A DNA stretch of 62,966 bases, counting the filler, from Armatimonadota bacterium (lineage in GTDB: Bacteria; Armatimonadota; Fimbriimonadia; Fimbriimonadales; Fimbriimonadaceae): assembly GCA_031400935.1 (NCBI GenBank). It is 4 parts of 4 records of this genome, joined end to end, with 100 filler letters (N's around TTAATTAATTAA, not from the genome) between each part and the next. Parts side by side here need not be neighbours in the genome. Positions count along the whole stretch, not along the records: positions 1 to 18,570 come from JANNQV010000041.1; 3 more parts are not named here. One strand, 5' to 3'. Below the pieces are notes generated by a model. That model searched no databases. It worked only from the letters and a program-made list of their open reading frames with translations, and was not told the DNA's origin. Shown here in pieces: positions 1-8,651 of the stretch (within the stretch, counting starts at the first letter, position 1; each line of letters opens with the position of its first letter). A program made the translations under genes and the position numbers.

Positions 1-669
1 CAGGTTTCCAAGATAATGACCTTTTGCTTCAATCAGGAGGGCTTGTGCCTCTTCGGGAGTCAGATAGACGGCTTCTTTATGCTCGACTTTAGGAAGATCA
101 ACCATTCGGGCAGGATTCTCTCGAATCAGGTTCCACTTCCAAGCTGTGTTCAATGCAGATCGAAGCACTGCACGAATGTGGCGAATTGTCTGTGGAGTCA
201 AAGGGTCCAATTCAACTACTTCCTTTGCGCTGCCTGACGGATTTCGCACGACTACTCGACGATCCGATGCGAGTTTGTTTAGGAAACTCTGAATATGTTG
301 TGCTGTCAGCTTGCCAAGGGCTATCTTGCCGATCTCTGGAACGATGTAGAGGCGAACCATCTGGTCGTAGAATCGAACGGTTTTTGGTGCCTTCTTGCCC
401 TGTACAGACTCTTTGAGCCACGACTCAAGGAATGTGCCAACGGTCTGCTTTTCTTCCATGACAGGGACTCCTAGACTCTGTCTAGTAATCACGTCATTCA
501 GGGCCTTGATGGCATCAGCCTGTGTTGTCTTGATTCCTTGGTAGCGCACAGGGTTGCCAACTTCGTTGTAAGAGTGCGTGATTCCCCAGCCCCAGCGTCC
601 ATCTGCGCGTTGGTATACTGACCCCTGTCCGGACCTTCTAGTGCTCTTTCTTGGTTTTGTTCGTTTCAT
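1..669 (-). CDS. Tyrosine recombinase/phage integrase, N-terminal part (runs off window)
   Basis: Not in the ORF track because it has no stop in the window. My translation from ATG 669 gives MKRTKPRKSTRRSGQGSVYQRADGRWGW...TVGTFLESWL...HIRAVLRSALNTAWKWNLIRENPARMVDLPK, the arm-binding and core-binding signature of phage/ICE integrases. Confidence 0.9.
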   Translation of the reverse strand, partial: MKRTKPRKSTRRSGQGSVYQRADGRWGWGITHSYNEVGNPVRYQGIKTTQADAIKALNDVITRQSLGVPVMEEKQTVGTFLESWLKESVQGKKAPKTVRFYDQMVRLYIVPEIGKIALGKLTAQHIQSFLNKLASDRRVVVRNPSGSAKEVVELDPLTPQTIRHIRAVLRSALNTAWKWNLIRENPARMVDLPKVEHKEAVYLTPEEAQALLIEAKGHYLGNL

Positions 670-806
670 GGCTCGTCTCCTGTAAGCAGGATGACAGCAG
701 AGAAAGCGAATGTCTGCTGTCAAACGCGAACGTTCACGAACAGTATACACGAGAATTGAGTTCAAAGAGGGACAAAGACGGAGGTTAGGAACCAACCCAA
801 CGATTA

Positions 807-852
807 TTTTGTAAACAGCGGGTCGCGGGTTCGAATCCTGTCTCCGGCTCCA
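807..852 (+). mobile_element. att site: 3' half of tRNA-Thr(TGT), anticodon loop to CCA
   Basis: TTTTGTAAACAGCGGGTCGCGGGTTCGAATCCTGTCTCCGGCTCCA has an anticodon loop, T-arm and CCA. No D-arm or 5' acceptor strand lies upstream. It is about 140 bp from the integrase start. Confidence 0.85.
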
Positions 853-917
853 GAATTTGAATCTGCTTTCAAGGCGAATTCACTTTTTGGAATAGTGCAA
901 AGGGTCGGAGCAATGCC

Positions 918-2633
918 ATGAGCGATAGTCCATCCGAATCTCCGCCGCCCGAATCCAATTCTCCAAAGATGTCTAATGTTGGCAAAGCCAGCGTCATCAT
1001 GGTCGCCTCGCTTTTCTTGAGCAGAACGCTTGGGATTTTTCGCGATACGGTAATGACCGCTCAATTCGGCGTCGGAATTGACACCGATGCTTATCGTTTG
1101 GCATTTCAAATTCCTGATCTCATCTTTTTCGCACTGGCTGGCGGCGCACTCAGTTCCGCTTTCATCCCGGTCTTCAGCGAGTTTTTGCATACAGATAGGG
1201 AAGAAGATGCATGGAAATTGTTTTCGGTTGTCACGACGCTGATGTCGGTGATCATTATCGCTGTCATCGCAGGGCTATGGATATTTGCGGAACCTGTTGC
1301 ACACCTTGTCGCACCAGGAAAGGCTGATTCGGTTATTCCTCTCATAGCTCTAATGAGTCGCATAGTTTTGCCGGCCCAATTCGCATTCTTTGTCGGCGGA
1401 CTGATGTTCGGAACGCTGTATGCAAAGCAGATGTTCGCGGTGCCTGGGCTGGGCCCAAACGTGTACAACCTCGGAATCATCTTCGGCGCGATCGTCATTT
1501 CAAATTTTGTGGTTCCTGGCATAGTGGGTATGTCATGGGGTGCTCTCGGCGGAGCGATTTTTGGGAATCTGATCATTCCGCTTTTCGCGATGAAGAAGAT
1601 CGGGGCCAAGTTTCGGCCGTCGCTAAACCTATCGCAACCGGGCGTAAAAAAGGTCTTCAAACTCATGCTGCCAGTGGTTTTGGGCCTTTCTCTGCCAGGC
1701 GTTTACGGACTGATCATGCAGGCGTTTGGAACCTATTACAAAGATGGAATCAATACGGCTCTTGACCTTGCCAACAAGCTGATGCAGGCTCCTCTAGGCA
1801 TTTTTGGACAATCGTTAGCACTTGCAGTTTTCCCAACGCTCTCCCAGTTTTTCGCGCAAAAAGACATGGGGAGTTACCGCCTTCAATTGGCTTCAACCTT
1901 ACGAACCGTGCTGTACATTACGGTTCCCATTAGCGCGCTCATGTGGGTCTTCGCACCGGATATTGTCGCGGTTGCATTTGCTTATGGCAAAGGACAGAAC
2001 GCTGACCTTTCAGCACTTGTAGATTGCCTCCGAATGTTTTCGATTGGAATCTTTGCGTGGTGCATGCAGCCAGTTCTCATGCGCGGGTTTTTTGCCATTC
2101 AGAATTCTGTTACCCCGGTCATTTTGGGAACGGTCACCACCGCAGCGTTTCTTGGACTGACTTATGCACTAAAAGCAACACCCCTTGAGTACCGCGCACT
2201 ACCCCTCGCAAGTTCGATTTCGGCGATACTTCTGGCTGGAATGATGCTGGTTGCGATTCGAAGCAAAATTAGCCCCTCCCTTTTTGGAGGAACGCCAATG
2301 GCGGAGGGGACTGATGCTCCCCCTCCTTATTCGACGAAGGAGAATGAGGAGGGGGTTGGGGGGTGGAGTAAGTCAGAAGAGCCCCTCGACCTCAACAGCA
2401 TACTAACCACATTCCTCAAAAGTGCCGCCGCTGCAATACTTGTCGCTGGCACCTGTTTCGTGTTGCTCAAATTCGTTCCGCTCGGCACGGGCTATGGCAA
2501 AAATGTGTTTTCCCTCTTGAAGCTATTGGGAATTGGTTTGACCGCTGCATGGACTTACTATTACATCACCAGGGCTATGGGAATGACTGAATCAAGCTAC
2601 TTTGAAAGGGCATTGAAAAAGGTCAAGCGATAG
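918..2633 (+). CDS. murJ: Lipid II flippase MurJ (MviN)
   Basis: LSRTLGIFRD...FG...DAYRLAFQIPD...GGALSSAFIPVF motif, many TM segments. Confidence 0.95.
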   Translation: MSDSPSESPPPESNSPKMSNVGKASVIMVASLFLSRTLGIFRDTVMTAQFGVGIDTDAYRLAFQIPDLIFFALAGGALSSAFIPVFSEFLHTDREEDAWKLFSVVTTLMSVIIIAVIAGLWIFAEPVAHLVAPGKADSVIPLIALMSRIVLPAQFAFFVGGLMFGTLYAKQMFAVPGLGPNVYNLGIIFGAIVISNFVVPGIVGMSWGALGGAIFGNLIIPLFAMKKIGAKFRPSLNLSQPGVKKVFKLMLPVVLGLSLPGVYGLIMQAFGTYYKDGINTALDLANKLMQAPLGIFGQSLALAVFPTLSQFFAQKDMGSYRLQLASTLRTVLYITVPISALMWVFAPDIVAVAFAYGKGQNADLSALVDCLRMFSIGIFAWCMQPVLMRGFFAIQNSVTPVILGTVTTAAFLGLTYALKATPLEYRALPLASSISAILLAGMMLVAIRSKISPSLFGGTPMAEGTDAPPPYSTKENEEGVGGWSKSEEPLDLNSILTTFLKSAAAAILVAGTCFVLLKFVPLGTGYGKNVFSLLKLLGIGLTAAWTYYYITRAMGMTESSYFERALKKVKR

Positions 2634-2638
2634 CAAGC

Positions 2639-3538
2639 TTAGGGCATCGTATCAAAGTCATCAACAAATTCGAGTCCAGTAGGTAATGCGAGTGAGTTGT
2701 TGAAAAACCCTAGCCTCGTGACTCGTGCAAAAGTGTTGCCTCCTACGTTCGTTGCAAGGCCGCTTGTCGACACAAAGATAACCGTACTGGTCGAACTGGC
2801 AGGCAAGTTGAGAGGAATTGATGTTTGCGTCGAATTTGGTGCACTCCACACGAGAGTGCCATTTACTGCGCAGCTAGCCATTTCACCCCAAGCACTATAT
2901 GCAGAAAACTTGATAAATGGAGTCCACACAATCGGCGCTCCAGTCGTGTTCGTGATTCGGAATAGGCAAACGAAGACAAGCCCATTGGTTGAGGACGTCT
3001 GAAGAAAGACTTCGTTGATGAGCATCGCATTTGCTGAGGTGATCGTTCCTTTTTGAGTCAAGAGAGTTCGAAGCACGCCTGTATTCGTGCCCATCATGGC
3101 TGCCGTACCGTTACTGTCCGTCCACGTTGACGGATTGACTCCCCCAAAAAAGCTAGCGTCGTTTTCCATCGCCCAATTGTTTTGATCGTATGTATTAAAC
3201 TTTGCCCATCTGTAGACTCGCTGATTGTTAGGTTGGCCAGTTTGAGGCGGTTGCCACGTTCCGTTGCCACTGGCATCGGTCGTTAGCACGTCGCCAGCAT
3301 TTGCAGTCAAGCCCAACTGAAAATTATTGCCATAAAGACTGTTGGCCCTGAAGGTCCCGCTGATATTAGCGTGTCCTGATTGGCTAGTGCCAGGCGAAGT
3401 CGGTTGAAGCATCACTGCTGACTTGCCGATTCCCAATTGCGAAGTTGCCTTTTGGCTAATCACGAGTGATACGCAAACAGTCAATACTACAGCTAATAGT
3501 GCAAAGTAGCTCTTATGTGAATTCAAGTTTCCGCTCAT
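2639..3538 (-). CDS. Secreted/membrane-anchored hypothetical protein
   Basis: N-terminal hydrophobic segment, PGTSQSGHANISG motif, GDVLTTDASGNGTWQ linker, beta-rich C-terminal domain. Start taken at MSGNLNS. Confidence 0.7.
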   Translation of the reverse strand: MSGNLNSHKSYFALLAVVLTVCVSLVISQKATSQLGIGKSAVMLQPTSPGTSQSGHANISGTFRANSLYGNNFQLGLTANAGDVLTTDASGNGTWQPPQTGQPNNQRVYRWAKFNTYDQNNWAMENDASFFGGVNPSTWTDSNGTAAMMGTNTGVLRTLLTQKGTITSANAMLINEVFLQTSSTNGLVFVCLFRITNTTGAPIVWTPFIKFSAYSAWGEMASCAVNGTLVWSAPNSTQTSIPLNLPASSTSTVIFVSTSGLATNVGGNTFARVTRLGFFNNSLALPTGLEFVDDFDTMP

Positions 3539-3702
3539 AAACGCAGTATAACGGAGGTTGTTGGTTTTTACTAGTAGAAAATTGCTGGGTTTTGGGTTGT
3601 AATGGAGCGCGGAGCGACTCGAAGGCAAACTGTTCAAGTACTGCGACCAAAGCTCCGCATCCAGGTCCGGGGAGCCACAAGAATCTCAGTTTCAGTAGTT
3701 TG

Positions 3703-4200
3703 CTAGACTAAGCTCCGCGAAATCCCTACCCAATCAATTTCAAGATCAACATTCTCCGCCATCAAGACTTCTGATAGCTGCCCGACGTGCCCCTGTAAAT
3801 GCCTAAAATTCATCATTTGATGGTCCAGCTTGTTCATGTTTGTGTACCAATGGAAACCGGTTTCAGACGAATCCAACTCGAGTTTATCAACAGAATCGCT
3901 AACTGCCTTTGCAACTTGATCCAGATAGTCCAGCAATTCGGCTTTCGTGTAAGGCTCCACAACGTCCGGAGATTCCCAGAGCACAGGAACGTGCTCCCGG
4001 TGCTTGCTCCACGGCACAAACGACTCAAGATCAGGCTGCATATAAAGGTGAGTGTAGTATATGGCGTGATAAGCAATTCGCCAGAAACTACGCGGGTGCA
4101 CGCCAGAAGTCCAATTTGAATCGGGGCAGAGCTCGATGCACTCCCGAAGCATCTTGAGTCCGGCACAGTATTGTCCTTTGAGTGAAGAGCGAATGTCCAT
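3703..4200 (-). CDS. DinB/YfiT family protein
   Basis: WRIAYHAIYY and RHLQGHVGQL His motifs. Confidence 0.85.
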   Translation of the reverse strand: MDIRSSLKGQYCAGLKMLRECIELCPDSNWTSGVHPRSFWRIAYHAIYYTHLYMQPDLESFVPWSKHREHVPVLWESPDVVEPYTKAELLDYLDQVAKAVSDSVDKLELDSSETGFHWYTNMNKLDHQMMNFRHLQGHVGQLSEVLMAENVDLEIDWVGISRSLV

Positions 4201-4280
4201 TTTTTTGCTGTCCAGATTATATGGCATTTGAGTCTTGCGGTGATTAGCAGTTCCATTATCAAACCATCCATAATCTCAGC

Positions 4281-5462
4281 ATGCACGACGTGGTGTTTCT
4301 TTCTGGAGTTCGCACTCCCATCGGAGCGTTTTCTGGCTCGTTGAGTAACCTTACTGCCCCTCAACTCGGCTCTATTGCCATCAAATCAGCACTGGAAAAG
4401 GCAGGAGTCAGCGCTGATCAGATTGACGAAGTAATCATGGGATGCGTTCTAACTGGCGGCATGGGACAAGCCCCAGCACGCCAAGCTTCGCTCGGTGCTG
4501 GAATTCCGAATTCCGTCCCATGCATGACGATCAACAAGGTTTGTGGCTCCGGAATGAAGGCGATTATGCTCGCTGCTCAAGCGATCAAACTGGGAGATTC
4601 TAATGTGGTGGTCGCTGGTGGAATGGAAAGCATGTCGAACGCGCCGTACGTGCTCGACAAAGCCCGCTCGGGATACCGAATGGGCAATGGCACCTTGATT
4701 GACAGCATGATCAATGACGGGCTATGGGACCCGTACAACAACGTGCACATGGGAAATTGCGGCGACCTTTGCGCGAAGGAGAAGGGCTATTCGCGGGACC
4801 AGCTAGACGATTTTGGAGCGGAGAGCTTTCGAAGAGCGCAAGAGGCTCAAAAGGCTGGCAGATTTGGCGATGAGATTGTACCGGTAGAGATTCCTCAACG
4901 AAAAGGCGACCCGATTGTAGTTTCAGAAGATGAAAACCCAGGCAAAGGCGGCGACCGAGAGAAAATGCGCGGCCTTCGGCCCGCGTTTGACAAAGAAGGT
5001 GTGACAACGGCGGCAAACGCCAGCTCGATTAACGACGGTGCGGCTGCATTGATCATCTCAAGCACTTCTTTCGCGGAATCCAACGGACTAAAGCCCCTAG
5101 GCCGAGTTGTGTCGTATGCAACTCATGCCCAAGACCCTCAGTGGTTTACTACCGCGCCTGCTGAAGCGATGAAATCTGCCATCGAAAAAGCTGGTTTGTC
5201 CGTTGGCCAAATTGATCTTTTTGAAGTGAACGAGGCATTTGCAGTGGTTGCAATGGTGAACGCAGACACACTCGGCGTGCCTTACGAAAAGCTCAATGTA
5301 AACGGCGGCGCGGTCGCTCTAGGGCATCCGATTGGAATGACAGGAACCAGGCTGGTTTTGACCGCGTTGTACGAATTGCGACGTCGTGGTGGGAAGTTTG
5401 CGGTTTGCTCGCCATGCATTGGCGGCGGGGAAGCTACGGCAGTGGTTATCGAGGCGTTTTAG
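4281..5462 (+). CDS. atoB: Acetyl-CoA C-acetyltransferase (thiolase)
   Basis: INKVCGSG, NEAFA, GHPIG, CIGGG thiolase motifs. Confidence 0.95.
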   Translation: MHDVVFLSGVRTPIGAFSGSLSNLTAPQLGSIAIKSALEKAGVSADQIDEVIMGCVLTGGMGQAPARQASLGAGIPNSVPCMTINKVCGSGMKAIMLAAQAIKLGDSNVVVAGGMESMSNAPYVLDKARSGYRMGNGTLIDSMINDGLWDPYNNVHMGNCGDLCAKEKGYSRDQLDDFGAESFRRAQEAQKAGRFGDEIVPVEIPQRKGDPIVVSEDENPGKGGDREKMRGLRPAFDKEGVTTAANASSINDGAAALIISSTSFAESNGLKPLGRVVSYATHAQDPQWFTTAPAEAMKSAIEKAGLSVGQIDLFEVNEAFAVVAMVNADTLGVPYEKLNVNGGAVALGHPIGMTGTRLVLTALYELRRRGGKFAVCSPCIGGGEATAVVIEAF

Positions 5463-5481
5463 CTTGGAGTTTTCAGATAAC

Positions 5482-5526
5482 TAGCCCCCTCCTTTTTGTG
5501 AGGAACGAACAAAAAGGAGGGGGCTA
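5482..5526. repeat. REP-like palindrome / bidirectional terminator between convergent genes
   Basis: Perfect 18-bp stem TAGCCCCCTCCTTTTTGT / ACAAAAAGGAGGGGGCTA, loop GAGGAACGA. Confidence 0.75.
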
Positions 5527-5532
5527 AGCGAT

Positions 5533-6009
5533 CTACTTCGCCTGCCACAGAACAGAAAGCAAGAACCACCGCTTGCCATCTGTGTACATCTGAATCGCAT
5601 TCGTCCCAGTTTGGAAAGGCTTTTCATCGTCAGGTTTGTTGCGCGATTCGTAGTCGCTCCACGCCATGCTCATTCCCTGCACGTTGTCAATTTTTCGCTT
5701 GACTTCTCTTTCAAAAAAGCCCTGCTTTTCAAGGAACGGTCCCGACCGGCTTATGTAATCTTCGGGTGTCATAGCAACAGCCACCCATTCACCTTTGTTT
5801 TTCACAACTGCAGTCAATCTTCCATTTGCTGCGAAAAGGGAACGAAATCGGTCCCAATCTCGCTTTTGTCCGGCAGGACCAGAGATCACATCGTAGAGCG
5901 ATTTGATGATGGCGTCTTGGGTGGCAACATCTTCCGGTTTTGCAACTGGAGGCGCGGCAACGGCAGGTGTTTGGAGAACTATGCCGAGTAAAAGTGAAGC
6001 GATTGTCAT
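5533..6009 (-). CDS. Secreted NTF2/SnoaL-like hypothetical protein
   Basis: Signal peptide; LYDVISGPAGQKRDWDRFRSLF...GTNAIQM...RW pattern. Confidence 0.75.
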   Translation of the reverse strand: MTIASLLLGIVLQTPAVAAPPVAKPEDVATQDAIIKSLYDVISGPAGQKRDWDRFRSLFAANGRLTAVVKNKGEWVAVAMTPEDYISRSGPFLEKQGFFEREVKRKIDNVQGMSMAWSDYESRNKPDDEKPFQTGTNAIQMYTDGKRWFLLSVLWQAK

Positions 6010-6989
6010 GGCTTCATCATACTGCGAATCGAGGTAGAAATTGACTCTTGATTCAATGATGCCTCCTCATTTCGGAGCTTTTCGAGATTTGGCGATCCAG
6101 CTTTGCTCTCTTCCATCCAATTTCTGGCAAACGATCCGTCTCTGATTCGAGCCAAAACTTGCTCCATTCTTTCCTTCGATGCTTTGTCCACAACGAAAGG
6201 ACCTTCGGTCAGTCCTCCCCATTGAGCAGTTGCCGACGTTGCTCGGCGCATTCCTTCAAAGCCTCTTTCATAGAGCAAATCGAGTACAAGTTTGGCATCG
6301 CTCAAACATTCGAAATAGGCAACTTCAGGCGATATCCCTGCCTCCATCAAGACCGCCATTCCATGCTTGATCAGCTCTGGAATCCCCCCGCATAGAATGG
6401 TTTGTTCGCCAAAGAGGTCGGCTTCGGTTTCGTCGGAAAATGAGGTCTCAATCAAGAAGGATTTCGCAGCGCAAACGGCGTTCGCATACGATTTGGCCAA
6501 CTCCATGGCTTGCCCGGTTGCATTTTGGTGAACAGCAATAAATGCTGGAGTGCCTTTGTCGGCTAAATTATTCGCCCGCAAACTTGGCCCTGTTCCTTTC
6601 GGGCCTATGAGGATTACGTCAACGTCTGTTGGAGGATGAATGTAGCCGAATCGGATGTTGAATCCGTGGCAAAACGCCAAGGTCTTTCCAGGTTTTAAGA
6701 CCGAGGCGACCGACTCCGAATAGATTGCAGCCATTTTCTCATCGGGCAGGCAGAGCATGATGATATCGGCTTGTTCGCAGGCACTTTTGACTTCAAAAAC
6801 AGGAAAACCATCCGCATCGGCGATCTCCCACTTTTGGCTTTCCCGGTAAAGTCCGACGATGACATCCAGCCCCGAATCTCGCAAATTGAGCGCCTGAGGC
6901 CTGCCCTGATTTCCGTACCCGATCATGGCGATTTGTTTGCCCACTAGAGCTTCAAGGGTTGTATCGCTTCCATGAATGATCGTTGCCAT
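6006..6989 (-). CDS. ilvC: Ketol-acid reductoisomerase
   Basis: IGYGNQG...ALNLRDSG, HGFNI, ETEADLFGEQTILCGG. Confidence 0.95.
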   Translation of the reverse strand: MATIIHGSDTTLEALVGKQIAMIGYGNQGRPQALNLRDSGLDVIVGLYRESQKWEIADADGFPVFEVKSACEQADIIMLCLPDEKMAAIYSESVASVLKPGKTLAFCHGFNIRFGYIHPPTDVDVILIGPKGTGPSLRANNLADKGTPAFIAVHQNATGQAMELAKSYANAVCAAKSFLIETSFSDETEADLFGEQTILCGGIPELIKHGMAVLMEAGISPEVAYFECLSDAKLVLDLLYERGFEGMRRATSATAQWGGLTEGPFVVDKASKERMEQVLARIRDGSFARNWMEESKAGSPNLEKLRNEEASLNQESISTSIRSMMKP

Positions 6990-7254
6990 GACTCATTGTG
7001 AAGGGTTCGTTCAAAATCGTTTTCGGGGTTTAATGCACGAAACGGGCGCAGATGGCGTCGTAACTTCTGGGAATTGGCGATTTTGGATTTTGGATTGTGG
7101 GTTTCGGGAAAGTTATCAGTTGTCTGTTATCGGTGCTTACGGTCAACTGGTAACCAACAACCAATAACCACCAAACCCCAACTAGGACTTTTCCCGAAAC
7201 CACCGTAACGTGAGGCTGAACTTGACGTCTGAAAATACAGAAAAGGATATCGAG

Positions 7255-7869
7255 ATGCAAGCTATCAGCACAGCAACGGTTTCTCCCGTCTACAATGCCG
7301 TATACGTGGACAGCGACAACGCCCTAGTTATTCGGGCTAGAGAAGGGGATTATCGAGCTTATGAGATGCTTTTTGAAAGGCACCGAACGCTCGTTTTTCG
7401 TTTTGCCTACCAAATGTGCCCGAGAAGGGATGATGCTGAAGATTTGGTTCAAGAAGCCTTTGTTCGGGCATACCAAAACCTGCACCGATACCGCGACGAA
7501 GCGAAATTTACAACCTGGCTGCTTAGAATATTGACAAATCTTTGCACTGACCATGCTCGAATGGCCAGTCGGCGCCAAAACTTAGAACAGCAGGAAGCGG
7601 CGGGATCATTAACCTGGATGACTGAAGGATTTACTGAGAATCCTATCGAAAACCTGGAACAAGAAAGACGGGCGGACTGTTTGCGAAGAGCCTTGAACGC
7701 ACTGCCGATCCATCATAAAACAGCCATCATTTTAAGGGACATCGAAGAAAGAGAGTATTCAGATATATCGCAGATTTTAGGATGCACAATTGGCGGCGCG
7801 AAACTTCGTGTTTTGCGAGCTAGAAGAGCATTGAGAGACCGGGTGGCACCCTTGATAGGTGAAATGTAA
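7255..7869 (+). CDS. ECF RNA polymerase sigma-70 factor
   Basis: DAEDLVQEAF, FTTWLLRI, region-4 HTH YSDISQILG...KLRVLRAR. Confidence 0.92.
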   Translation: MQAISTATVSPVYNAVYVDSDNALVIRAREGDYRAYEMLFERHRTLVFRFAYQMCPRRDDAEDLVQEAFVRAYQNLHRYRDEAKFTTWLLRILTNLCTDHARMASRRQNLEQQEAAGSLTWMTEGFTENPIENLEQERRADCLRRALNALPIHHKTAIILRDIEEREYSDISQILGCTIGGAKLRVLRARRALRDRVAPLIGEM

Positions 7870-7870
7870 C

Positions 7871-8632
7871 ATGAAAAGAAGCCAAAGAGATGAAATTTTG
7901 CAAATCGCATTCGGCGAGACGAACGACTCCGCGCGAATCGAGCAATTGAGAGAAATTTCTCCAGAAGCCATTCGAGAAGTCGAATCGCTCAGGAACATCA
8001 AGCTGAATTTGCAGCAGTTGCCAGTGCCTGAGTGCCAGCTTTCCACAGAGAGGCTTCGTGATGCGATTTTGAACACGGGCCTTGGTGAAAAGACAGCTCC
8101 TTCGCAGCCGATGTGGAAACTCGCTTGGATGCCAGTGGCCGTTCTTGCCGTCACCTTTTTTGGTTCGCAAATGATTCGGAATGGCAGTTCGATTGATCCC
8201 GCAATAATGGGTGGTTCGATTGTTTCAGAAGAGGGACCGGATGTAGCGATTGACTTCAAACCAACGATTCAAGATGTATTCCCTGATTTTCCTGATGTGG
8301 AGCCATCAGTTGGCGACAATCCTGCTCCAATGACCGCAATCAAACTCTCAAACAGAAAGTCGAACAATGCAAGTCGAGGCGGTTCATCTCGAACAGCTTT
8401 GCTTGTCAAATCTGAACCTGCCGCCAAGGCTGCCTTAACCGCTATGGAATCCATTGCGGTTTCAACACCTTCGGCATTAGGCGGAAGCGGATTACCTTCT
8501 GAAGCGATGGCTCCATCTGGAGTTTCTTCAGATTCTGGAATCGTACTGATCGGTAGTGATCGAGACTCAATGACTGGCGCAAACAAGGCGATTGAAGTAA
8601 CCGACACAAGTAGCATGGTGACTGGCGGGTAA
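7871..8632 (+). CDS. Putative single-TM anti-sigma factor
   Basis: Starts 1 bp after the ECF gene; short cytoplasmic N-terminus, one TM (WMPVAVLAVTFF), low-complexity C-terminus. Confidence 0.55.
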   Translation: MKRSQRDEILQIAFGETNDSARIEQLREISPEAIREVESLRNIKLNLQQLPVPECQLSTERLRDAILNTGLGEKTAPSQPMWKLAWMPVAVLAVTFFGSQMIRNGSSIDPAIMGGSIVSEEGPDVAIDFKPTIQDVFPDFPDVEPSVGDNPAPMTAIKLSNRKSNNASRGGSSRTALLVKSEPAAKAALTAMESIAVSTPSALGGSGLPSEAMAPSGVSSDSGIVLIGSDRDSMTGANKAIEVTDTSSMVTGG

Positions 8633-8651
8633 TGTGTTGCCTTAGGATAAA

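Noticed and set aside
775..852. Complete tRNA-Thr
   Set aside because: No 5' acceptor strand, D-arm or 5' anticodon stem, so it is only a 3' fragment.
2271..2387. AGCCCCTC direct repeat as a target-site duplication of the murJ insert
   Set aside because: The copies are 109 bp apart, not a multiple of 3, so precise removal would break the frame. The first copy is part of the palindrome itself.
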